A stretch of DNA of 64,000 nucleotides from Oscarella lobularis (lineage: Eukaryota), in assembly GCF_947507565.1 (NCBI RefSeq), contig NC_089179.1:862681-926680 (forward strand), given 5' to 3'. Below are positions 54,701 through 64,000 of this stretch, one piece after another. Position 1 is the stretch's first letter. The number at the start of each line of letters is the position of its first letter. A model generated the notes under the pieces. It did no database searches. It saw only the letters and a list, made by a program, of their open reading frames with translations, and was not told the origin of the DNA. The position numbers and the translations under genes were made by a program.

Positions 54701-55815
54701 GAAGGACACACGATGTTTTTTTTGCTTAGGTTTTTGCAGACGTCTTGGATACGTTGGCTCTGTATCAAGAGGTCGGATCATCTACGAAAAAAGGGTACGT
54801 AGGTGATAATTTAGTAGTCTTCATGACAATAGCAATTTGCAGGAGCCTTGGACCAACTTCGTACTATGTGTTCCGGAGTGTGGAATCTCTGAACGATTTA
54901 GACGAAGATGACTACATGCCTACCAGAGTAATTCATGATATTGCCTGTTGCAGGTCTGGTGGTAGTTTTGGATGCCTATGCGTTTGCAGGAAAAGCAATT
55001 GCTCATTGTCATGAGTAATGGAATTTACACTCATAGTCGGGTCATTCCGAAGATTATTGACTATTATCGAAGTCACGGCTATCCGGATTGGAAGAACGTT
55101 CGTCAAGTATGATCCATATCTTGCTGTGTTGGATATATGGGCAGAATTAGGCTCCTCTAGACCGCTCACGAAATATTAGAAAGGGTGGATTCTAAGTTAT
55201 ACGAAGTGTACATTGAGTGCAAAGAACTTCCTATTGTTGGAGCCCTAGAGCCTGGTTTTGTAGCAGGAGATTGGGACTGGGAAGAGTGTCATGCTCCGAA
55301 AGGTGAGAACATGCGCAGCATACCGTTGCGCATTAATGAACATATCTGTATAGATGTAAGAGGCTATCTAAAGGAAATTCTTTTGAAAATGGTCAAAGTT
55401 CATGCTGAGGTTAGAATCAATTTTTATTTTTAATGATTAGGTCATGTGGTTGCGCAGGTCTATTCTGTTGCACCGTCACTTTTGGCTCGCATTTTTGGTC
55501 GGTTGATTAGTGGCGTTGTCGACGAAATGTGCCGGCTTTTCGAGTGTATTGAAGGATTCAGCGAGAACGGAATTGCTCAGGTCTGCTTGTAGTAAAGCCT
55601 ACTTACTAGCCGTTGGTCTACAGATTGTCTATGAAGGCTCAATTGGAATTGACTGTTCTGGAAAATTTCCTCACGAAATACATTAGTGCAGAAGCAAAGT
55701 ATGCATTCCTTATTTTATTTCATAACAATTAATTAATTAGACATCTGTTCACAGAGACAAACTAGACGTCGTGTTCAATTCTGTGAGCCATCTTGACCCT
55801 CAAATGCAGACGTGA
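51792..55815 (+). CDS. EXOC2: Exocyst complex component 2 (Sec5/EXOC2), more than 15 exons
   Basis: The N-terminal IPT/TIG domain in exons 1-3 reads [37 protein letters not shown] | [58 protein letters not shown] | ESAVWIDE.... It aligns with human EXOC2 residues 1-115. ...[61 protein letters not shown] matches the EXOC2 motif [28 protein letters not shown]... Also [44 protein letters not shown]. The C-terminus [70 protein letters not shown]|[41 protein letters not shown] matches EXOC2 [21 protein letters not shown]...AVHAEVFTISKELVPRVLSKV.... Final exon ...[18 protein letters not shown], stop 55813-55815. Confidence 0.9.
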
Positions 55816-55965
55816 GCTAATGCCGTGACAGACAATAGTAACTATATCTGCATTCTGTTCTAGAGTCGTCGATGCGTTGGTTCGTAACTTCAGACAACGA
55901 ACGAAATTTCAATTTGCAGCTCTTCTTCCATCTACCCAGGACCTTTTATTGTAGAAGAATTATGC

Positions 55966-56823
55966 ATGTCATGTACGCCCAGGAGAAACTATCGATTCAC
56001 GCATGGTATGCTTAGCTCACGCTACCCGACTTACAAACGAAAGAATTCCATGGCTTCTACCGTGCCTACAGGCGGCGATTTAATTCTCGACGGCGACGAT
56101 CTAAGTTTCGAAAGCGAAGAAGTCGACGGCGAGCGTCTTAGCGTGATAGTCGTTTATCCCCAACGCGCCTCCGTCATCTCAGTGAGCGAAATTCTTCAGA
56201 AACTCTTCCCCGACGTCCAACGCTCCCAGCTCTACAATCGCCTGTCGCGCAGCAACATCAAGCAAAAGGCGCTGAGCGCTCGCTTGGTCTCCCAACTCCG
56301 AGACGCCGGCGCCATTCCTGCGTCGACGCATCGCCCGAGTGTCGTCAGTCGCGACGACGCTCTCAAAATCATTGCCAATCTGAAAAAATCCCCAATCGTT
56401 CCGCGACCGAGACGACCCAAGGACGAAACGGATTGGAGTGGAAGAGCGGAGACGCGCGACGGAGAGGCGATAGGCGACGCCGACGCGAATCACGCCGACG
56501 ACGTCGAAGACGACGACGAGGAAGCGATCGGGGACGACGACGACGACGATTTCTTTCTTCCCGGCACCGCACCGCCGAAAGAGAAACGGAGGGGAGGAAA
56601 GAGCCGGATGATGACTGAGAAGGTTAGCGGCGTCTTGACGACGACGACGACGTCATCCAAATGTGGACGCGGTCGCAAGCAGTGTCCTCATTGTCAGAGA
56701 AAAGTGGCTACGTGTCGTACGAAGTGTCCGGATTGTTCCTATCAGTTTGTCGTCACTCCGCCTAAGGTGAATGACGGAGACGGTGGCGGAGCCCTTTCGT
56801 CTGCTTCTCCGGCGGTGACAAAG

Positions 56824-56857
<34 letters not shown>

Positions 56858-57293
56858 CATCGTCGAGGCAAGAAACGGCAAAGAGACAGGGAAACGGGAA
56901 GAGGAGGCGGAATAGAAAGAAAGGTATGAGTACTAGGGACCCCTTTGATTGTCTCATCAGACGTTCTTTCGCGTAGACACCGCTGAAGGCCCGTCGAGCA
57001 AAACGAGTCGTTCTAACGGCGGTGGAAGCGAAAGCGAGAGTGAAATGAATCAGCGCAGCAATGGTGCGGCTCCCGAGGCAAAGAAATCCGCTGCGGCTAT
57101 GAACGACTTGGAGTCTCGCACTGTTAGCGGCGGTCCCGTTGGCAAGGGCTACAAACGATGCCCCAAATGCGGAAAAGTGCAAAATGCTAGCTGCGTGAAG
57201 TGTGCTAAATGCAGTTTCGTTTTCGTTCACAAATCGCGTATGTCTGACACTATACAAGGCAAACGTTCTGGTTCATCTTTTATTGTGATTTAG
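55966..57293 (+). CDS. Hypothetical nuclear protein with two C-x2-C...C-x2-C zinc-ribbon motifs, an acidic stretch and a poly-Pro tract
   Basis: ORF 55966..56976 with internal M at MASTVPTGGDLILDGDDLSFESEEVDGERLSVIVVYPQRASVISVSEILQKLFPDVQRSQLYNRL.... An acidic run DDVEDDDEEAIGDDDDDD. Zinc ribbon 1 CGRGRKQCPHCQRKVATCRTKCPDCSYQF, PPPPPPPPPPP, then a second ribbon KRCPKCGKVQNASCVKCAKCSFVF in ORF 56949..57293 after a short intron. Family not identified. Confidence 0.4.
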
Positions 57294-57699
57294 CAAATGG
57301 CTCGAAAGTCACTAGCAGACACCGATACACGGGAAGGCCTGTGATGGGCTACAAGTCCAGATCAACGTCAGCAGCCAAGCTCAGTAGCTCTCCCAAGAAT
57401 CAGGGTAAGCAATAAAATATTTCTCTGCCAATATATCAGCAAACGTCTTTCATCTCCTCTTCCTCTCAAGATAAATCATCTAATGGTGGGGGTGGCAGTG
57501 GCGTAATTAAGAATCGGATCGTACGCGAACAGAGTGGAAATTTGGTAGACGTAGCAGGTCTGTATTATCGAAGTCGCGAAGCCAAGAGACGAGCAACGGT
57601 TGAACCATACATTCAACAACGTTCAGACCAAGGTAGAAGAGATTGGGATAGTGGATAAGGTTTTATTTTCTTACTGCAGGAGAAAGCCCCGTTCTAAAA

Positions 57700-58340
57700 C
57701 AGGGCTACTCGTCAGTGGGAGAGCAGTGCATGGCCGACATGATAGAATGCCTGTCTAATGACGGAATTATCAGTGCTCTTCGATCCGTGTATGATAAACA
57801 GATGGAAGACTTTCAAGCCATCGAAAAGGCCTATAAGAGTATGCAAGCCAGCAAGCAAGCATCAGTTTTGAAAAAATGGGGGTTTTCTTCTAGACACGGT
57901 TACTTCGTACGACGAGGCTGTGTCATTGCAAGAGGAATCTGAACGAGAAATTCTGACAGCTAGTCAGGCAGCAGGTGAATTGACCGTACAACTGGCAGCT
58001 AGTCAACAGGAATTGCGTCAGTTAGAGGAGGATCTGAATGTGGCACTTGAGACAAAAGAGAAGGCAAAGAGGGATTTCGAAAAGCGATGCTTAGAGCAAG
58101 AGCTTCTACGAATAAAACTGAAGGAGGTACTTGGAGATGACTATACGCCAACTATATATTAGAATAGCAAGTAAATGCAGAGTTTTTTCGTGGTTGATCG
58201 AGTTAATTTTGTGTTAGAAATTGATAATTAATGACATCCGGGAGGCGTGCCGACAGGGTCCCGTGTGATGTTGGACAAGATCGCCGAGGAGCTGTTCTCC
58301 GAAGTCAGAAAGGAGAAGGAGTCGAACGAGAACGGTACGT
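57700..58340 (+). CDS. Coiled-coil exons (possibly 3' part of the zinc-ribbon gene or a separate gene)
   Basis: EQCMADMIECLSNDGIISALRSVYDKQMEDFQAIEKAYKSMQASKQ and ...SLQEESEREILTASQAAGELTVQLAASQQELRQLEEDLNVALETKEKAKRDFEKRCLEQELLRIKLKE (57715..58162), then ...GSRVMLDKIAEELFSEVRKEKESNENG. Unassigned. Confidence 0.25.
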
Positions 58341-58949
58341 AGTAATCCGATCAAAGGCTAAGACGTTTACGACTACAATAGGCCTAAGCGACAGCTTGCT
58401 TTCTGCGTAAGGAATAAACAAGCGTTTTCGTCAACGCTCGAGGCATTTTTTCTATTGAGAAGTTTGAACTGCATATTCGGACAGTCCCTCGTATACGCCT
58501 TGGACCTCGTAGACAAGAAATCCGTGACCAAATATACGTGTCCCAGTGGCAGATCGACATTCAAAGTACATACAGTAGATACCATTCATTAGAAGGTATT
58601 TAGAATTCAGCCTCCAGGTAGTCGGAAGTAGCGGAGACGTCTATACTTGTCTCTTGAACAGCAACTACTGTACCTGCCCATCATATGTCTATACAGGCAA
58701 GCAGCTGAAGTACCTCCTCCTTCTCATGTGATGATAACTTCCCCTAATGTAGTTCTAGTGAAGAGAGACGTTCTAATGGTATGTTGGAGCGACAAAGATT
58801 TATTTATTAATGGAATTTGCTTTTAGTGTAAACATGTATTGGCAATGCACTTGAGCGTAGCTTTGGATGCCTGCACGGCTCGTGAGATATCTGACAGCGA
58901 TATGGAATCTCTTCTTACTGAAAGTCTAGCGTGAAGTTAAGCTATAAAC

Positions 58950-60301
58950 GCATCAAGGTTCATCTTTGATTTCTTCGGACTCCGCCTTTAATTTAACTGC
59001 TGCATTTCGTGCTACTTGAAACGCCGCAACCAGTGAGCTCAGCTGAATTTTCTCGTCTGTATTCGCTGCAAGGCGATGCTCCACTTCAGCCATTTTGTCC
59101 AAGAGGTAGATAATGACCGATTGAGGTAAGTCAACTGAAAAAAAAAACATTCCTAGTTTAATTAAAAAAGGGGATTGAAGTTGTACTTTTGATCACAAAC
59201 GCATGAACTTCTGTCAGGATGTCATTCAATGCCAAGCCCTTCATCGTTTTCAGTTCAACTATTCGCCTATAAGCCATTGAGAAATTCTCATTCAGGAGCC
59301 ACGTGATTATATTGACAATATCGCCCGACAGAGGATGCCCCGCGCAAAGATGTACGTTGTCTTCGTTCACTATCTCGTAAGCCATAGAAGTACTCTAGAA
59401 ACGCGAAAAGGCAAATGAAACGAGCGAATATCAGTAAATTCTAAGAAAACCTGAAGAACGTTGATAGATCGTCTCATATCTCCCTTGGCTAATGTAAGAA
59501 GAGCTTTCACGCCATCGTCAGTGACTGTGACTCTACGTATAGGAAGAAGTCAAACCAAAAAAAAAAGTCGTAAACAGGGGAAAAAGAACTTCTACTTTTC
59601 TTCTCTAATAATGTGCTCTAGTCTGGGCTTCATCTGCTCCACGGTCAGCGGTCCAAATCGAAATCGCGTACAACGAGACTGCAGCGCGGGTATGATTTTT
59701 GACAGGTAATTGCATATGAAGCAGAAGCGAGTGTTTTCCGTGTATTTCTCGACAACTAAGCAAAAGAGACATTTCCCCCAAAATGGTGAAATTTTCTTCT
59801 TTGAAGACTTTTCTACTTCGTCTAAGCGCATTCTGCGCGTCGCGCGTCATCGCATCCGCTTCGTCGAGAATCACCAATTTGAATCCGGACCGAAATATTG
59901 TCTTCGTGCTGGCAAAACTCAATATGGGACCGCGAACAATTCCAATGCCTCGGTCATCTGACGCATTCAACTAAAGGGAATAGTCATAATCTCGCAGGGG
60001 AGAAGTGCCTGTCACCTCCAGAACCATCGAACCGAATTGCTTGTCCGAATAGAGTTTTCTTGCACATGCAAGTATCGTCGACGTCTTTCCCGTGCCGGGA
60101 GGACCGTAGAATAGGAGATGCGGCAATTTGTCGCCTTCGATGAACCTTTCGACTGCACGCAATAATTTTCAAGCGTATCGACGTGTTATTGCATCGTTTA
60201 CTCGTTCCCAGAATTTCCTGATGCGAGATAAGATCTCCAAGACTGCGCGGTCGATACTTTTCAACCCACGGAAGGTTCACTGGAGCCGTCCGAGCTGCCA
60301 T
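58950..60301 (-). CDS. RFC5: Replication factor C subunit 5 (RFC5 / yeast Rfc3 type), about 6 exons
   Basis: Minus-strand exons: [33 protein letters not shown]; [45 protein letters not shown]; [51 protein letters not shown]; [54 protein letters not shown]; ...[54 protein letters not shown]; [46 protein letters not shown]. About 75% identical to human RFC5 throughout. Confidence 0.92.
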
Positions 60302-60348
60302 GCTACTCTAGTAACCGGGGTAAAAGTCACGTGCGTTAGCACGTAAAC
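60302..60348. promoter_or_regulatory. Putative bidirectional promoter: RFC5 (-) and alpha/beta-hydrolase gene (+) start codons are only about 47 nt apart
   Basis: RFC5 ATG (rc) at 60299-60301. The plus-strand ATG (MFVGYLGVVLALLLASVCSKT) is at 60349. Inference from arrangement. Confidence 0.3.
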
Positions 60349-63300
60349 ATGTTCGTTGGCTATTTGGGAGTTGTTTTGGCGCTGCTGCTGGCCTCTGTTT
60401 GCAGCAAAACTGTGAGCTAGGGAAGGGTGCCTACGGAGAACTGCTCTGTACTTTGGGGTTCCCCATGGTGTACAGTAGAGGGGAGATGCTATCGTTGACC
60501 GTTCATTCTCTCCGATTGATGCGTTTTTACAGAATGTGTTGAAGAAAGTCGAGGAAAAATTTTGCGGGGATGCAAAGACCAAGCATTGTCCTCGTGACCT
60601 AAAGATATTGAGATACAGCCAGAAGGTAACTCGTATTGCAAAAACGTTGACCGTTTGTCTGATAAATTGCTGCTGTAGTACAAAGATTTGATATGTTGTC
60701 TTACAAACCGGCTAACGTCAAACAGAAAAGATTACGGCTCCTGGTAGTCTGATGACGCTGGAGTGTGCTGATGAATGATATTCTTCTATAGGGCTTATCT
60801 TGCCGAATCTATTGAGATTCTTGAGCCGAGCTCATCATTAGGCAGCTCATGTTACTCAGAAGCAAAGTCTCTTGCTGGTATGCGCCAGTCCTACTATTAG
60901 ACCATACTTGCTGAATACTATTTAGGAATTGTTAGTCCTGTTATAAAAGAATGGGATTTTATCGGTATTAACGCGCGTAAATATGTTGGCACAAATTGAA
61001 ATTTCTTTGTAATTGGAAATAGGGCCATTTTGCATCGGAAAATTAGAAGTTGATGGTGACCCGTTGGCTACCTACGGAGGAATACACGCAGCACATAGGC
61101 GCTTCATTCTGGAGAAACCAAAATACCTCTCGGAACTTTCACCAGATGGTATTGTGAAGTGGAAAAGAATTTCGGCGGTACAGTTTTGCACTGTAACGAC
61201 GATTGTGCCTTCATATCATTGTTAGGATGAAAACGGCGCTGTTATCATATCTCCGAAGATTGATTGGAATGACTTGGTGACCGCATTGGGCTCTCTTGGT
61301 ATTATGGAGTGGCAAGTAAGTGCCCATACTTTAATTTGACTATGAATTCTTTTTTCTCTAAAGGGTTGGATAGTAGGAGAATTCTCGGTGCATAGAACCG
61401 GACAGATTTTAATTCAATGTCCCGGTACGTATACCGCTAGCGGACTTACGTGCACTTCAGATGGCATTCTAAAAAAATTGCAGGCTTTCATACAGTCTAC
61501 GTGGACGGTCAGATACTGGCGTCAGACATATACAGACGACCCCAATTTTGGTACTATGCGAGCAAACTAAGACACTTATAACAGAAGCCTAATAGGTTTT
61601 CAGTGGAACTTAGCTCTGGCATTCACAACTTGACAGTTCACGTTAGAGCTAAAGTCCAAATGGTTGGTTGGTCAATCGATTTGACCGTGGTCGTTTTTCT
61701 ACGGCGCTCATACGTATCGTACATATAGTCTATGCGTTGTCAGTTTAAATCTGGCAGCTCCTTGCGCTACGAATTGCTCACGCCGAGCTTTGTTCCTGAT
61801 CTGGTGCAAGGCCGGTTAGCCGGTCGTCACATACCGTTGCCTATCGTAAACCACATGAGCGGCAAATGGATAAAAGACATACGGTGAATTAATTATGGGC
61901 AGCGTTTTATGTATCGCATGACTTACGATTGTGTAGTGCTCGGTTTTTGGGACAGTCGCATGGACTTTCCGCTAAAATCGACGGTACTCTTCGTGTGGCT
62001 CCCGGTCAGGTAAAAAACAGATAGTGTAGTTTTGCATGCAGTAGCTGAGTCTAGTTCTACATTAGATTTCAACCATTCCAATATTATTATCAGACACCAA
62101 TGAAGGTTCAGCTAAACGAAGATGCAGTCAGGGTCTTGAGTGAGGAGAGGCTAGCACGTCTGTCGCGTTCTATTCTATTGAGTTCTACGTTTTAGCTATG
62201 AAATTGAGATTTCTGCTTCTGGTCTCACTTCAAAGTCGATTGGAATTCAATTGCGATGTCGTGAGAAACACGAATCGTTTATTTTTACATTTTCAGATCA
62301 CGATGGCTCAGTAATCCAAAGAAAAGAACGACGTTTTTAGCACAGCGGTTAAGAAGAGATTGTATCTTACAGATTCAACACGCTGCTGCTATATCTCCAA
62401 GAAGCAAACAGTGTCCTTCAAGTGGTTGTCCAGTAAGACATGTTACAGGGGGTCTTTGCGTACAAAAACGATTCGTAGGTTCTTATAAGTCTACATGGAA
62501 CAGGTTTGTACGCTCTCCTCTGCAGCAATTTCTTTCATTCTCGAATAGGAGTCCCCGCACAGAATCAAGCTGACAGCTACAAGCAGATGAAGAACAAGAA
62601 GTGGCTATTTGGTTACGACTCTGCATGGGTATTGGCTCCTACCCGGTTAGTCCAAAGCAATAATAGCATACAAGACGCGTGACTGGCTTTGTAGCCACGG
62701 AGCTCATAACTGGGAAGGTCCAGGCATGCTGACAGCCTTAGAGAGCCTTGAAGCGCTGAGACGCGTAAAAAGCAAAAAGGGGTAGTGAAGCAGCTAGTGC
62801 CGAACGCTTTTCTCATAGATGTCCAAAGTGACTAGTTGGCTTCCATTAGCAGACATTAGTCGCGTAGTGTTTGCCGGACATTCGATGGGAGGCCATGGTG
62901 CATGGTATTGCCTGAAACAGCAGCAAAGTGCACGCAGTGAAATCTTAATTAACGTAGGCAATTGGCTACGCATTTTCCGGATCAGGCTTTGGGCCTTATC
63001 GTTGGGGCTGGCTGGATAAGTAAGGAAGAGTACGGAGACTCTAACCTGTTTTTTGAGTGAGCTAGAGATCCACGTACGTAGAAATCTTTGTAAAAATTTT
63101 CTTATTAGACATGATGTAGCCGCTAGCTTCACTGATCCGAGTGTCAAAGGAATTTTAGAGGTCAGATAGTGAAGCACTTCGGTCTGATCACCGTATCTGT
63201 TTCTTAGGCCAGCGTTGCGGAAAATAGAGCCGACTTTCACGTGAAAAATCTCGAAGTAAACAGTAGTTGTTGCTCGCGATTAGCGCTTAGACTAGCTGTC

Positions 63301-63990
63301 TATTAGAACGTACCAGTCTTAGCCAGAATTGGTGCTGCAGACAGAACAGTTCATCCGTTCTTTATGAGGTTGTTCGATGGCTTTTGACAACACGCTGATA
63401 AACCTGCTCTTTTTTTTTCTTGGCTACCGTAGAAGAATGTACAGGCTTCTCAATGAATCGGGGGCGAATATAACCTACGCAGAATTGCCTGGCAAAGAGC
63501 ACTGGTGGTGGGATACGCTGTACGTTACATAATTTCGCTATTATCGAGACCTCTGCAGCTCACTGTCGTATAGAGCTGAAAACGACGGGGGCGTTAATAA
63601 CGACAGGGCTGTGAGAGACTTCGTTGCGCGCGTACTACAGCGGAACGACGACGAATCATCAAAGGCGAGTCATTGTCATTCTAAAGACTGTGGTAATGAC
63701 AGCGACGAGTCGTCGGCGGATATGTGGGGTCGTAAGCTTCGTTCTTATACACTGGTTGTTGTCAATCCTGCGTCGTATGGAAGCCTAAGGGGATTGAAGG
63801 TCTTGGCGCAAGACGTTCCGATGAGAATGTCGAGAGTGGAGATGGGAATTGGAGTTGGTGAGGCTATCATTTCCACGTGGAACGTGAGGATGCTTAGCGT
63901 GGAAGGCACGAGCTGGGTTGCTTTGAAAATAGACGTACGATCAATTCTAGCAATGCTATCTGGTTTTAACGTTTGTACAGATTGACGGAT
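60349..63990 (+). CDS. Alpha/beta-hydrolase fold protein (lipase/esterase-like, GHSMGG nucleophile elbow), many short exons; 3' end may continue past the window
   Basis: Signal-peptide-like first exon MFVGYLGVVLALLLASVCSKT|gtgagc. Exon pieces MEIGPFCIGKLEVDGDPLATYGGIHAAHRRFILEKPKYLSELSPDGIVKWKRISA, DENGAVIISPKIDWNDLVTALGSLGIMEWQ|gtaagt, VYVDGQILASDIYRRPQF. ...VVFAGHSMGGHGAWYCLKQQ (62870-62930, Ser nucleophile motif G-H-S-M-G-G). ...NESGANITYAELPGKEHWWWDTL (about 63450-63530). Exact family not assigned. Confidence 0.45.
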
Positions 63991-64000
63991 TCGTATTTGA

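Overview
This 64 kb window is a gene-dense eukaryotic (metazoan) segment with very short spliceosomal introns of about 45-110 nt and head-to-head gene pairs. A 19.6 kb block of three tandem-repeat families (24.7-44.3 kb) sits in the middle of it. It is not prokaryotic, so there are no operons or CRISPR; the regular repeats are satellites.

Genes I recognise from conserved protein motifs, all multi-exon:
- replication factor C subunit 2 (minus strand, 3' end truncated at the window start)
- a receptor tyrosine (pseudo)kinase
- STRAD pseudokinase
- acyloxyacyl hydrolase (AOAH: saposin-like plus GDSL domains)
- a single-RRM SR splicing factor
- an Lhx1/Lim1-type LIM-homeodomain gene
- HGH1
- clathrin heavy chain (about 6.8 kb, more than 20 exons)
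- a secreted purple acid phosphatase
- exocyst subunit Sec5/EXOC2
- replication factor C subunit 5
- an alpha/beta-hydrolase

Several unassigned coiled-coil and zinc-finger genes are also present. The taxon cannot be assigned beyond a compact-genome animal. CpG is abundant, which argues against heavy germline CpG methylation.

The most unusual content is the repeat block. It consists of:
- a GAATTC-hexamer satellite (about 0.7 kb) that is spliced in frame to upstream exons
- a 49-bp AT-rich satellite, Sat A (arrays of 6.3, 0.35, 0.35 and 1.6 kb)
- a 45-bp CpG-rich satellite, Sat B (4.0, 4.6 and 0.2 kb). It is built from two diverged 24 and 21 bp sub-repeats and has no stop trinucleotide on either strand.

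Sat A and Sat B are interleaved with identical junctions. Both Sat A ends abut the same 300-bp unique junction sequence, which points to duplication and unequal exchange.

The giant ORFs in the supplied track (up to 1521 aa, on both strands) lie inside Sat B and are artefacts of this stop-free repeat.
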